IMG/VR virus record: IMGVR_UViG_3300020578_000006
Span: 62,001-126,000 of that record
Direction: 5' to 3' (one strand)
DNA: 64,000 nucleotides
Shown here: positions 35,692 to 45,243 of the stretch, piece by piece
Numbering within the stretch: the first letter of the stretch is position 1
Layout of the letters: every line of letters starts with the position of its first letter
Position numbers and translations under genes: made by a program
The notes under the pieces: model-generated
Told to the model about the DNA's origin: nothing
The model's database searches: none
The model's input: only the letters and a program-made list of their open reading frames with translations

Positions 35692-37167
35692 TTAGAAGTA
35701 CACAGACTGTGTGCCAGGCGTGAACGCTGTTCCGAGACCGCTCAACAGAATGGTGTGGTAGTACAGGTTAGCGCCAAAGATGTTGTCAACAACACCGTAG
35801 CGGGTCAAGAGACCAACACGGGGGCTGAAGTCATTGGGGCCAATTGTACGTTGTACCATAACCGGGATGTATGGGCAGTAGATGATACCAGTGTCATAAA
35901 ACTCTGGTCCCTTGTAGCCCAATAGGGCATACTCTACACGCGCATTACGTATTCCGCCCTCAAATTGGGCTTCTGTACGTGTATCACGGTATACGTTGAA
36001 ACGACCACCTAGGTTACCAACCTTAGCTACGCCAACAGGTTGAGTGTTGACATTGCCTTGGACTGGTACCCATTGAAACTCGGGAAGCATCTCGAGGATT
36101 GCGCAAACGCGAGGTGTTGCAACGATAAAGTTGGCAGCACCACGACGATTACGAACAGCAATTCTGTTGGCCTCGATGATCAGCCTCTGATAGAAGTCGC
36201 GATTGCGCTCTACCAGCCAGCGACCATCCGCGGAAGCGGGGGACCAGACAGAGTAGCCTGTGCCATGACCGGCGTTCAGCGAAACCTGGATCATACGAAC
36301 AATCATTTCACGGTCGATTTCGGCCTGTAGCTCATACGACATAGCGTTTGTGAGCTCAGTATCGATATCGATACCGTTCATGTTCTTAAGATCCTGTTCG
36401 AGTTCTACCGACCAGCGAGCAGCAAGTCTACGGGTACCGGCTTCTACGGCTGTTTTCTCAAAGGAAACTTCGATCTGAGGGATTTTGCCCGTCAGCTCAA
36501 AGTTCTTGAGAACTTGTGCAACACCCTGATCGACTCCTTTGAAGTCAAAGAGGGAAGCAGCAAGTCCATCGCCGCCAGAAAGCTTAGCACTCGATGTACC
36601 CGTATAACGGGTATCGAGGTACTGGTAACCAAGTTCCTTGCCAGCAGCTTGAGCTTGAGGATTGGTGAGATCGGAATCAGCACCGTTACCGGTGAGAGTA
36701 CCGTCAACACCGTCATTACCCAGTTGCTTGGCGAGATACTTGTAGCGTAGAGCAAAGGCTAGTCCTACTGGACCACCCATTGGCTGTACGCCTACAATTT
36801 CATTGGTGATTAGCTCGGGGAACGTTCTACGAATCATAGGGATGAGGATCTTAGGCAAGCGGGCATCGCCAGTTGCATACCAATCGCCTTGGGGGGAAGC
36901 GTTGCCAAAGGCACCACCTTGACCACCCAAACCAGCGGGGGAATATGCACCACCGAAAACCGAGCCTACACCACCGGCGACGTTACCCTCGTTGATGCAC
37001 CAAGCTTCTTGGTTTTCCAAGAGCATGGCTGTGTTCAAACGAGTGTGATCATCACCAATGGGCTTGACGTTATCGGATGTGTAATCCAGAACTGGCTTCC
37101 ACTTTTCCAATAGCGCCTTAGCGCGAGACTCATCAATATAAGCCGTTGTAGGTCTTATTGATTTCAT
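35692..37167 (-). CDS. gp23: Major capsid protein (T4 gp23-like)
   Basis: LLEKWKPVL, LLENQE, IRRTFPELITNEIVGVQPMGGPVGLAFALR, WSVELEQDLK..NGID, EIDRE, YCPYIP, TRYG. Confidence 0.97.
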   Translation of the reverse strand: MKSIRPTTAYIDESRAKALLEKWKPVLDYTSDNVKPIGDDHTRLNTAMLLENQEAWCINEGNVAGGVGSVFGGAYSPAGLGGQGGAFGNASPQGDWYATGDARLPKILIPMIRRTFPELITNEIVGVQPMGGPVGLAFALRYKYLAKQLGNDGVDGTLTGNGADSDLTNPQAQAAGKELGYQYLDTRYTGTSSAKLSGGDGLAASLFDFKGVDQGVAQVLKNFELTGKIPQIEVSFEKTAVEAGTRRLAARWSVELEQDLKNMNGIDIDTELTNAMSYELQAEIDREMIVRMIQVSLNAGHGTGYSVWSPASADGRWLVERNRDFYQRLIIEANRIAVRNRRGAANFIVATPRVCAILEMLPEFQWVPVQGNVNTQPVGVAKVGNLGGRFNVYRDTRTEAQFEGGIRNARVEYALLGYKGPEFYDTGIIYCPYIPVMVQRTIGPNDFSPRVGLLTRYGVVDNIFGANLYYHTILLSGLGTAFTPGTQSVYF

Positions 37168-37177
37168 AGTAATTTGT

Positions 37178-37185
37178 TCTCCTTT
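37178..37185 (-). promoter_or_regulatory. Shine-Dalgarno sequence of gp23
   Basis: AAAGGAGA 10 nt before ATG on minus strand. Confidence 0.75.
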
Positions 37186-37241
37186 ATATTCGACCTGTAG
37201 ATAAATCTACAATATTAATCAGGCCTAAGCCTCAACCAAAA

Positions 37242-38114
37242 TTAGTATTTGGAAAGTTCAGCAAGGTAAGGGTTCATCTGAGGTACTTCCCCAGCAGGTT
37301 GAACGCTCTCTTCTACAACAGGGCGATCAACTTGAGTTGCGGCGACCTCGCCAGCAGCCTCTTCCTTGATATTTTGAAGCCGTTCTTTTTCTGTTTTATC
37401 AAACAGACTAAGAGCATAGTCAATATTTTCGGTAATAAATTGAGAGGTTTTACCACTCATTACCTTATTGACGTAATCACGCTTACGAGAAGGCAGACCA
37501 GCTGTTTTCTTCTCTAGAGTCAACTCAGCTTCGCGGGCGGCTAATTGTGCCTTTGCAGCGGCTAGCTCTTTAATAACGGCTTCAAGCTTCTTAGAAGCTT
37601 CATTAATTTGATTCTTTCCGTCAACGACGGCTTCACGAATTGATTCTTTCGCAAGGGCAGCATCAACGCCCAAAATATTTCTAATTTGACCTAGAATCTC
37701 AAGTGCACGGGTATTTTTGACTGCATCCTTGATATCATTTGTAGGTACGGTTTCATCAAGATAAGCTTCTAGGTATGTGCTAATGTTGTTTACTGTTTCT
37801 TCCTTAAACTTAGCAGCTTCTTCTTTAATTACCTTAGCATACTTCTCAACAACGGACTTTAATTTTTCAGCATGATTGGAGTCAATAGCATCAACTACTT
37901 TTTGTAGCTTTAATGTATGATCGGCGTCAATAGCTTCTAAAAGATGCTCTAATTTCTTAGCATATTCTTCATCTTGCTCTGTAAGAGCTTTTGTAACATG
38001 AAGTTGAACTTTTTCGTCTACACTCTTGTGAAATGCTTGTTCAATTTCGTTTAAAACTTCCTCGGAGAGGAGGCTATTTGTTGCATCTTTAAGGGCTGTT
38101 TTGATGTTGCTCAT
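37242..38114 (-). CDS. gp22: Prohead core scaffold protein (gp22-like)
   Basis: Acidic coiled coil directly upstream of gp23; YLEAYLDE; ends MNPYLAEL. Confidence 0.85.
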   Translation of the reverse strand: MSNIKTALKDATNSLLSEEVLNEIEQAFHKSVDEKVQLHVTKALTEQDEEYAKKLEHLLEAIDADHTLKLQKVVDAIDSNHAEKLKSVVEKYAKVIKEEAAKFKEETVNNISTYLEAYLDETVPTNDIKDAVKNTRALEILGQIRNILGVDAALAKESIREAVVDGKNQINEASKKLEAVIKELAAAKAQLAAREAELTLEKKTAGLPSRKRDYVNKVMSGKTSQFITENIDYALSLFDKTEKERLQNIKEEAAGEVAATQVDRPVVEESVQPAGEVPQMNPYLAELSKY

Positions 38115-38115
38115 A

Positions 38116-38259
38116 TTAAAAAACCTTTATGCTCTTGTTAGCAGCAATTTTATGCTTAATTTTAGCTTCCATAATCTTCTTTAAATATTTATGGGCCTCA
38201 GCATAATTTTTTTCATTTAAACGCTTTAGAAACTTGACTATTTCAACACGCTCTTTCAT
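38116..38259 (-). CDS. Small basic protein (47 aa, MKERVEIVKFLKRLNEKNYAEAHKYL...), not in ORF track; possible prohead core component
   Basis: Hand-translated ATG 38259 to TAA 38116; TAAATA at 38270-38275. Confidence 0.65.
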   Translation of the reverse strand: MKERVEIVKFLKRLNEKNYAEAHKYLKKIMEAKIKHKIAANKSIKVF

Positions 38260-38314
38260 GTCTATTAAGTATTTATTCTCTAGGAGTGTAAAATCCTTGT
38301 TTTTTTTGTCGACT

Positions 38315-38989
38315 TTACAGAATTTTACTAATTTTTGAAATAAAGTCTAGTACTTGCTCCTTCAAGTAGTTCTCTATCTCACGGCGAGGTAAATTTCTCA
38401 GGCTATCACTAAAGGAATCATAATATTCTTCAAACCTTCCATCTTGTGTGACAACAAACTGCTTAGACTCCAAAATACCATTTACAAACGCTTTAGGAAA
38501 CGATGGATCAGCTACACAATCAACAGCTACAAGTCGAAAATCCTTTACCTTGTTAACCCCATTGCTCATTTCCTGCAATGTGCCTAAGGCTCTGGAACTC
38601 ATTCCTACTTTTACACCATCATTAACAAGACTTCTTAAAATTTGCCCCATAGGAGTTGTTAAAACTTTTGATTTACCAAAATAGACATTACCGTTACGGT
38701 TTAATTCTGTTACTAAGTGACAGGCTCTTTCTAGATTTACCTCAGCAGCAGTAGGGTGATTTAATTCCCCCATACTTCTATTGGTGGTAACCATTTCACT
38801 GATGTATCTTCTTACCTCTGTATCCATTTCATGTGAATCATACACTCGCTTATTTTTGTTTACCTCTTCACATTGCATGTATGGTCCTTTTATATACATC
38901 GTGCTAGGTTGATTACCGTTTTTCTCCTCAACTACGTATTCATACTGATCGTATGGTGCAGGAGTCTCTACCAATAGTCTTAAAGGCAT
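38315..38989 (-). CDS. gp21: Prohead core protease (gp21-like)
   Basis: IKGPYMQ...NKNKRVY, GELNHP (His), GKSKVLTTPMG, GMSSRALG (Ser), DCVADPS. Confidence 0.95.
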   Translation of the reverse strand: MPLRLLVETPAPYDQYEYVVEEKNGNQPSTMYIKGPYMQCEEVNKNKRVYDSHEMDTEVRRYISEMVTTNRSMGELNHPTAAEVNLERACHLVTELNRNGNVYFGKSKVLTTPMGQILRSLVNDGVKVGMSSRALGTLQEMSNGVNKVKDFRLVAVDCVADPSFPKAFVNGILESKQFVVTQDGRFEEYYDSFSDSLRNLPRREIENYLKEQVLDFISKISKIL

Positions 38990-38994
38990 ATTAA

Positions 38995-39000
38995 TATTTA
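38995..39000 (-). promoter_or_regulatory. Late promoter core TAAATA (gp21)
   Basis: 5 nt before ATG 38989. Confidence 0.65.
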
Positions 39001-39013
39001 TTGGTTTTTCTGC

Positions 39014-39469
39014 CTATTTTCTTAATTCTTTTTCAGTTAATATTGTAAATTCATAACCTCTATCTTTACACCATTTTTTGGCCGCTTCCCACTTGGCTTT
39101 GTTTTGAATAAAGGTTAATTGTTCATACAAAAGGGTTTTTTGATGCTTACCTGGTGTGTTTTCTGGTTGAACTGTCTGTTTAAAAGGTTTGACTTCAACC
39201 AAAAACTTTTTTATACCATCAGCTGTCTTTAACTTTACAATAGCATCTACAACATACCTGTGAATTTTATGATCAATAGGGTTTTCATACGGTATAATAA
39301 TACTCTCACTCCCCCATTCTAGTACATTTGGATTGGTATCACACCATCTGAACAGCTTTAATTCCCAGCTACTGAGGTATCTTGGTAGGTCATGCCCTTT
39401 ATATTTTTCAGTATGTGTGGGTTTAAAGATACCTTGAACGTACTTATTGTTTTTTGATGTAAACTTCAT
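39014..39469 (-). CDS. gp4: Head completion nuclease (T4 gp4-like, TnsA fold)
   Basis: YLSSWE...WCDTNPNVLEWGSE..IIPY..PIDHKIHRY..D, LVEVKP, KWEAA...C. Confidence 0.88.
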   Translation of the reverse strand: MKFTSKNNKYVQGIFKPTHTEKYKGHDLPRYLSSWELKLFRWCDTNPNVLEWGSESIIIPYENPIDHKIHRYVVDAIVKLKTADGIKKFLVEVKPFKQTVQPENTPGKHQKTLLYEQLTFIQNKAKWEAAKKWCKDRGYEFTILTEKELRK

Positions 39470-40458
39470 CCAACAAAGAACTCTGGAGGTGCAGCATCCC
39501 CAAAGCCAGCTGCGCGCTCGTATAGTTTTTTCTCAAGTTCTGCTTTTTCCTCACGACCACTGCTTAACATATCGTTGTAATTGATAGATCCGCCTCCAAA
39601 CATTTGTGTGTTTGTGTATTTTCCACGTACAGACCCGATGGCTACCTTAGTAAGTGCAAGTGCATACTGATATACCCAAGGTTCTTTTATAATATCAATA
39701 AGAGGCCTCTCCACATATGTGGTCACTACCCCGTAAAATTCAGAGTCTTTTGGTTCCGGAAACAATTGCATATACTGTGTTCTGCTGTCAAACCTAAAAT
39801 CTCTTTTTAACGCTAGTACCTTTTCACGGGTATCAAGCCAATTCTTTAAAATATTCCAACTAACTAAATCGAATCCATAGTTTCCAAGAGAATAACTAAA
39901 ATATGTTTGCTGGGCCAAAGTTTGTTCGATGGTAAACAGTGTGTTTATACCGTTACTGCTACCTTCCTCAAAGTCAGTTACTTCCATTACATGTCGATAG
40001 TCACCTATTAAATAATCATAACTGTTTAAAAGCTGAAATTCTTCTGGATTATTTTCATTAAATACCTGAAATATGTAAGGATTTGCAGGGTCACCAATCA
40101 CCATTTTTCCTAAATTGTATAATGCTTGGATGTCTGTGGATACGTTTTTAATTTTAGCGCGAAAATTAAAATCTTTTGTCAAGCTAAACAGTACATCTAA
40201 GCGTAACCCTGCACCCTTCTCATATAATTTACTATCAAAAATAAGATATTCTTGAGTATACCCGGCAAACTTAGTAAACATTTCACACGCAATACCGATA
40301 AATTCATTTAATTGATCTGCATGCACTTCTAAATTGATCAGAGGTGCACCTAGAGCTCGGCAAATTCTTTGACCTAAGCGCTCATAACTCTCAATCTTAG
40401 ATTGAAGATTAGTACTATAAAAAGAGCTTACTGGCTCTACATTACTACACACCATCAT
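39466..40458 (-). CDS. gp13: Neck protein (T4 gp13-like)
   Basis: RALGAPLINLEV..DQ, WVYQYALAL.K, GGGSINY. Confidence 0.85.
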   Translation of the reverse strand: MMVCSNVEPVSSFYSTNLQSKIESYERLGQRICRALGAPLINLEVHADQLNEFIGIACEMFTKFAGYTQEYLIFDSKLYEKGAGLRLDVLFSLTKDFNFRAKIKNVSTDIQALYNLGKMVIGDPANPYIFQVFNENNPEEFQLLNSYDYLIGDYRHVMEVTDFEEGSSNGINTLFTIEQTLAQQTYFSYSLGNYGFDLVSWNILKNWLDTREKVLALKRDFRFDSRTQYMQLFPEPKDSEFYGVVTTYVERPLIDIIKEPWVYQYALALTKVAIGSVRGKYTNTQMFGGGSINYNDMLSSGREEKAELEKKLYERAAGFGDAAPPEFFVG

Positions 40459-42640
40459 ATATAATAATTATGCCCGTGCCGGTAAAATAGGGCACATTTC
40501 CAAATGTTATTAGACCGGCACTTGCATCTGGGGCTATTACTTCTCCTTCAAACATACCTCTAGGGTTAGGAAATAAGTTAATACCTGCTCCTCCATAGTA
40601 TGTAAATGGTTCTTCTAACGAATAATAAAATTTGCTTGGCTTACCAAACAATTTATTGCCGTTTGTTGTAAATCTAATAGAGGTAATACTATAAGCTGAC
40701 AGTGAAATGATATCTGAAGGCTCGAAGTCACCTGGTAAAATATAATCAGTATCAAACAAAAGCCTTTTTTGTCCTAAATAGTCTTGGCTAGTAATTAATG
40801 TGTATTCCCCCCCTCTTTTCATATTAGATTTTGATGCAATATTAACCAATAAGCTGGTAGTAGAAAGAGGTATAAATGCGACTTGATCGGAAGATAGAGC
40901 CCAATCATAAGTTTCAATTCTATCGTATTGATTGTAGTTAAAAGCGGATAAGGTTAGTAGCTTGAGCTGGTTCTGTGAAAGAAGTTGTGGGAAAAACCCT
41001 ATTTGCCTTATATAACCGTTGTAAGCGTTTCCACCGCTTTCTGAAGATACTCCAATGTAAATAGTGCTTAATCCCTGTACTACAAGCGAGGAAGCGTCCG
41101 TGCCTACAATACGCCCGGAATCTGCAAACAATACATTGTTTCTGGCATAGCTAACACCAAATGTTCTGTTGTAAGTTTTTGTATTAAGGGGAGACTCTAG
41201 CAAAAAACCTAGTAGAGGGCTATCGTTTATCAAACCGTATGTGGTTGCAGTAAAATTGTTTGGGTTATAACGTAAAGCAATTTCCCTGGTACGTATGGAA
41301 TCAAAGCACCTAAATACTGTCATACTATTGGCAGCAGAATATCCTAATGTTTTTGTTTCAACTAAAAAAGTACCTTCAGCATTATTCAATATATCTCCTG
41401 ATAGCATAAAATACTCAGTTTCACGGGTATAGGGAGACCCGTCAGTAGGCATAAAAGAAGTAGGAAATTCTCCTTTTTCTAATTGCACACCCCACAAGTA
41501 AAAATCTAAATTAGTTGCACCTGATTGATAAAACGAAAGGGTAATATCTCCTGTAGGCGCCACTGCAAACTCATTTACAATTGTAACAGCGGGGTGATCT
41601 CTTGTTACTCTCTCCCAATTATATTGAGAAAGATTTGTAAAATTTACAACCCATTGACCATATGTACTACCTTCAAGGTTTTCTAACATTAATAAGCCGT
41701 CACCAGTAAAAGTATTCTTTTTAATGTAAAAACTAGGTTCATATCTATCACCAGCAATACCGTTACCAGCGGTATATAGTGAATCAACCCCGGTACCAAG
41801 GGCACTAACCCTGTCTGCAAAAGAAACATAATCAGGGGCAATGTATTCTACAGGACCATCTGGCCACCAGTAATAGCTAAGCCCGGTTCCATTACGCTTT
41901 TCCCAAGCAACATCTATTATATCATTAGACTGTTCTACTATATTAGTACGACTTTCTTCTATAAGTAGACCCTGAGGTATCCAGCTACCTGTTTCTGCAT
42001 CTAATTTATGATCAAGTCTCATCTCGTGAGGGCCACTATACCACAAAGTCCCCGCAGCATCTGTAAATGTGCCGGAAGAGTTTCTAACAAAAGTCGCGCG
42101 GTTTAAATCAGTAACAGGAAATTTACCGTCCGGGGCAAAGATTGAAATAAAATCTAGATTAAATGTAGAAGACAATATTGAAGGAGCAAGACAGCTTTTT
42201 GAAGCAAAATTTTTCTGGCCAGTATTTTCTTGAGGGGTTTTAAGCCTTAATGTTAAATCTAAATACGGCCAGTTTGCACTATTAGTATTTACAATACTAT
42301 ACATTTCGTTTAAGTTAGCAGATATAGGCTTGTAAGTTGTGTAAAAAGAATATCCCCTACTCCACCCGGCACTTAAACTAACAACCGTATTATTTACATA
42401 TGGAAAATTATTGTATTCATTTACAGCACTATTAGCACAAAGCGCAGTATAAGTAGATTTCCAATCAAAGCTGTGTGTATCAATTGTGGTGTTATTAAAA
42501 GTAAATCTATTGTAAAATGTTCCTAAAAACGGAGATGATTCCCCTGCAATAGGATCAATACCGCTATCAGGATATCCAGGTGTAGATAGAGTATGATGGT
42601 TTGTAGAATGAAGTTTGTTGTGAAATAAAGTATTGCTCAT
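40445..42640 (-). CDS. Virion protein with head-spike/LamG-like domain
   Basis: ATFVRNSSGT, GLLIEESRTN, WGVQLEKGEFPTSF; N-terminus paralogous to 42637..43392. Confidence 0.65.
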   Translation of the reverse strand: MSNTLFHNKLHSTNHHTLSTPGYPDSGIDPIAGESSPFLGTFYNRFTFNNTTIDTHSFDWKSTYTALCANSAVNEYNNFPYVNNTVVSLSAGWSRGYSFYTTYKPISANLNEMYSIVNTNSANWPYLDLTLRLKTPQENTGQKNFASKSCLAPSILSSTFNLDFISIFAPDGKFPVTDLNRATFVRNSSGTFTDAAGTLWYSGPHEMRLDHKLDAETGSWIPQGLLIEESRTNIVEQSNDIIDVAWEKRNGTGLSYYWWPDGPVEYIAPDYVSFADRVSALGTGVDSLYTAGNGIAGDRYEPSFYIKKNTFTGDGLLMLENLEGSTYGQWVVNFTNLSQYNWERVTRDHPAVTIVNEFAVAPTGDITLSFYQSGATNLDFYLWGVQLEKGEFPTSFMPTDGSPYTRETEYFMLSGDILNNAEGTFLVETKTLGYSAANSMTVFRCFDSIRTREIALRYNPNNFTATTYGLINDSPLLGFLLESPLNTKTYNRTFGVSYARNNVLFADSGRIVGTDASSLVVQGLSTIYIGVSSESGGNAYNGYIRQIGFFPQLLSQNQLKLLTLSAFNYNQYDRIETYDWALSSDQVAFIPLSTTSLLVNIASKSNMKRGGEYTLITSQDYLGQKRLLFDTDYILPGDFEPSDIISLSAYSITSIRFTTNGNKLFGKPSKFYYSLEEPFTYYGGAGINLFPNPRGMFEGEVIAPDASAGLITFGNVPYFTGTGIIIIYDGV

Positions 42641-43392
42641 TCATTAAATTTTGTTATGTCACCGTACATTAGCGTACCATCACTTACAAATGTAATAACT
42701 GAGCGGCGACGGGGGCCTGTGTCTATTAAAAATTGTCGTTCTGGCGTACCATTAAATCTGTAAGATGTTCCAAATTTCAAATCCCACCCACCTACATTGT
42801 TTTGTATTACGGTCACACAATATGTACCGCCTCGTTTCATATTAATTGGATTTTCTAATTGTAGGTCTTGAATTAATGTCAAGAAAGTTGATTGATTATA
42901 ATCCAAATCCCATGGGACGGTACTTAAGCCCGGGGTATTAGTAATTACAGTACCGCTAAACGTCTTTGAAGCGGTATATTCTTGAACTAAATTTCTAAAC
43001 ATAATAAAAGGCGCATTCCATTCAGCACTGTAAGTAGCTACAGTAGTGTATACTGAGGCATACCCTGCGCTATTAGGTCTAAATGATGTAGCTCCTCTTG
43101 CTCCATCGTTCCAATCATTAGATAGGGAGTTTACTGTTGAATAAAGAGAGGCAGTATTATTCCAATTTGAAGATAAGGACCGCACCGTAATGTAGGTCGA
43201 CCACCATTCAAGGCTATTTGTCTTTATACTAAAAGATCTTGTATTATCTGTTAACTCATTATAAAATATACCAGCAAAAGGTAAATTTTGCGATGCAATA
43301 GGATCTAATGCGGCATCAGGCGAACCGCCCGCATTTGAAGTATGGTGACTATCTCTATGTAGTTTACTATGAAATTTAAAGGTTCCTGCCAT
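42637..43392 (-). CDS. Virion protein, paralog of the scaffold of 40445..42640
   Basis: FHSKLHRDSHHT, DPIA...PFAGIFYN, MKRGG.Y, G..MYG. Confidence 0.6.
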   Translation of the reverse strand: MAGTFKFHSKLHRDSHHTSNAGGSPDAALDPIASQNLPFAGIFYNELTDNTRSFSIKTNSLEWWSTYITVRSLSSNWNNTASLYSTVNSLSNDWNDGARGATSFRPNSAGYASVYTTVATYSAEWNAPFIMFRNLVQEYTASKTFSGTVITNTPGLSTVPWDLDYNQSTFLTLIQDLQLENPINMKRGGTYCVTVIQNNVGGWDLKFGTSYRFNGTPERQFLIDTGPRRRSVITFVSDGTLMYGDITKFNE

Positions 43393-43398
43393 ATATCC

Positions 43399-45243
43399 TT
43401 ATATAATAATTATGCCTGCTCCACTGAGATAAGGTGATAAGTTGTCTATATTAACAGAATTGTCTGGTGATATAAATCCGTCCGTATTACTATACATCTT
43501 AATATTATCAGGTACAACAGACACCCCAAATCCCTGATTATAGATAATAAAGTCAAATATAGCATTATTCCCGGGTCTTGTTCTTGGCAACAAATTAGTT
43601 CTAATGTTATCTTGATTAACAACAGAAGTTAATAGATAGTATTCTAGGTCGTAGAGTTTTCTTAAGTTTCTATTAATAGTAGACGATTGAAAGTTTTCGT
43701 TTATACAGACATTAGCAAAAGTGTTCGTATCGAGATCTGGATCATCAATAAAGGCATTATTGTACTGCCTTTCAACATATGATAATAGTTGTTCTACAGT
43801 TCTACCTTCGTAAAATCTGTAACCAATATTGGTTTTTAACAGCGATAAATTATAAAAAAGCTTTTTAAATGATTTATTATAAATCCATGCTTGATTATAT
43901 TCATTTTTATTTAAGACAATATCATTAAAGTCGTAAATTTGAAAATCAGTATTTCTAAGTAAAGAGACTAAATCTAAATTATCTTCAAAAAAAGCAATGT
44001 TGCTACCAGATAAAACTGATGGTCTATTTAACGAGGTATTATACACTAATAGGTTATCAGCTGAAAGACTTTTATTAGCAATATTTGCAATCCATTTAAA
44101 TTCTGTTGTATTGCTTAACTTAGAAGACGGATATACACCAATTGTTTCATTGAGTTTAGTCGCCCATTTCTTTATAAGAAGGTTTTTTGTTAAAATATAA
44201 ACGATATCTTTGTTGTAATCTGCAAATTTTATATCTACAATTTCATCTGGATTAATAATAAGACCGGATAGGCTGTAGGCGTTAGTAAGTTTGGGCTGAT
44301 TATCTACCAAATCAAGTACATATACTTTTCTCTTACCACACGCGAAAAGTTGATTTGTCCGCTCATTATAGTTAAGAGCATTAAAGCTGGTAACTTCGTT
44401 AAATAAAGTTGCTAGGGATGTTGTACTGATCCAGTTAAAATCTTTATCAAAGCATTTAATACACTTATTGTTAGTGTCTTCAGCAAACAATACGTTATCA
44501 CCGAATGCGATTTTATTAAGACCATCAAATTTACTATTATCTGTTATATTGCCTTTGCCGCCCACAAAGTCTAATAAAAACATTTTTCCAGTTCTAAGAA
44601 GTAAAGTATCGCTTAAATCGTAACTATATATATTGTTAAGAGTGCCATCAGCAACGTATAAAACGTCATTTTGTTTATTTAACTCTATATCTGTAATGTT
44701 AAGAAACGGTAATGAGCCAGATAGAGGGTCAATGATAGACTGTGTGAGAGTAGCCTCTCTTACGTTGACACTTATATTATAGCTGCCTTTATCAAAACCA
44801 AATATAGTTATTATGTTTTTGTTTGCTGTTGCTAGAATAGGGTAACCAAATCTGGGTGATATATACCCTATACCTAAATAGCTATTTGCCATACCTTTAA
44901 ATCCGTCTCCACCGCTTACAAATGTTTGACCTGTAGATACAGGGGTTGTATTAGAAAATAATTTAAATTCTAACCATTCTGCAGACAAAGAATAATTTCC
45001 AGAAATACCAAACCAGCCAGAGTAAGTAGTAGGTATATCAAAATTTGCGACGTTACACAAACCGTAAAGATAAAGAAAGTTTTCATACAAATATCTAAGC
45101 TTTATATTAAGTGTATTTGCTACAGCGAGTTCATTTGGCTGTATTTCTATTTGTTCATAAGAGTATGGCAACTGATATACATCTGTTACAGCTCTATCGT
45201 ATATTAAATTAAACTTAGAAAACTCTGTACTTATAGTATTCAT
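43399..45243 (-). CDS. Virion protein with beta-propeller (NHL/YVTN-like) region
   Basis: LYVADG, LFAEDTNN repeats; in late structural operon. Confidence 0.5.
   Translation of the reverse strand: MNTISTEFSKFNLIYDRAVTDVYQLPYSYEQIEIQPNELAVANTLNIKLRYLYENFLYLYGLCNVANFDIPTTYSGWFGISGNYSLSAEWLEFKLFSNTTPVSTGQTFVSGGDGFKGMANSYLGIGYISPRFGYPILATANKNIITIFGFDKGSYNISVNVREATLTQSIIDPLSGSLPFLNITDIELNKQNDVLYVADGTLNNIYSYDLSDTLLLRTGKMFLLDFVGGKGNITDNSKFDGLNKIAFGDNVLFAEDTNNKCIKCFDKDFNWISTTSLATLFNEVTSFNALNYNERTNQLFACGKRKVYVLDLVDNQPKLTNAYSLSGLIINPDEIVDIKFADYNKDIVYILTKNLLIKKWATKLNETIGVYPSSKLSNTTEFKWIANIANKSLSADNLLVYNTSLNRPSVLSGSNIAFFEDNLDLVSLLRNTDFQIYDFNDIVLNKNEYNQAWIYNKSFKKLFYNLSLLKTNIGYRFYEGRTVEQLLSYVERQYNNAFIDDPDLDTNTFANVCINENFQSSTINRNLRKLYDLEYYLLTSVVNQDNIRTNLLPRTRPGNNAIFDFIIYNQGFGVSVVPDNIKMYSNTDGFISPDNSVNIDNLSPYLSGAGIIII

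Noticed and set aside
35608-37113. Plus-strand ORFs 35608..35925, 36040..36330, 36514..36750, 36889..37113
   Set aside because: Antisense shadows of the codon-biased gp23 gene
35692-37167. Higher GC of gp23 as horizontal transfer
   Set aside because: Best explained by codon bias of the most highly expressed gene; it is syntenic with gp21 and gp22
39014-39469. TnsA transposase or homing endonuclease (mobile element)
   Set aside because: Sequence and position match the T4 gp4 head-completion protein; no transposon ends or TnsB
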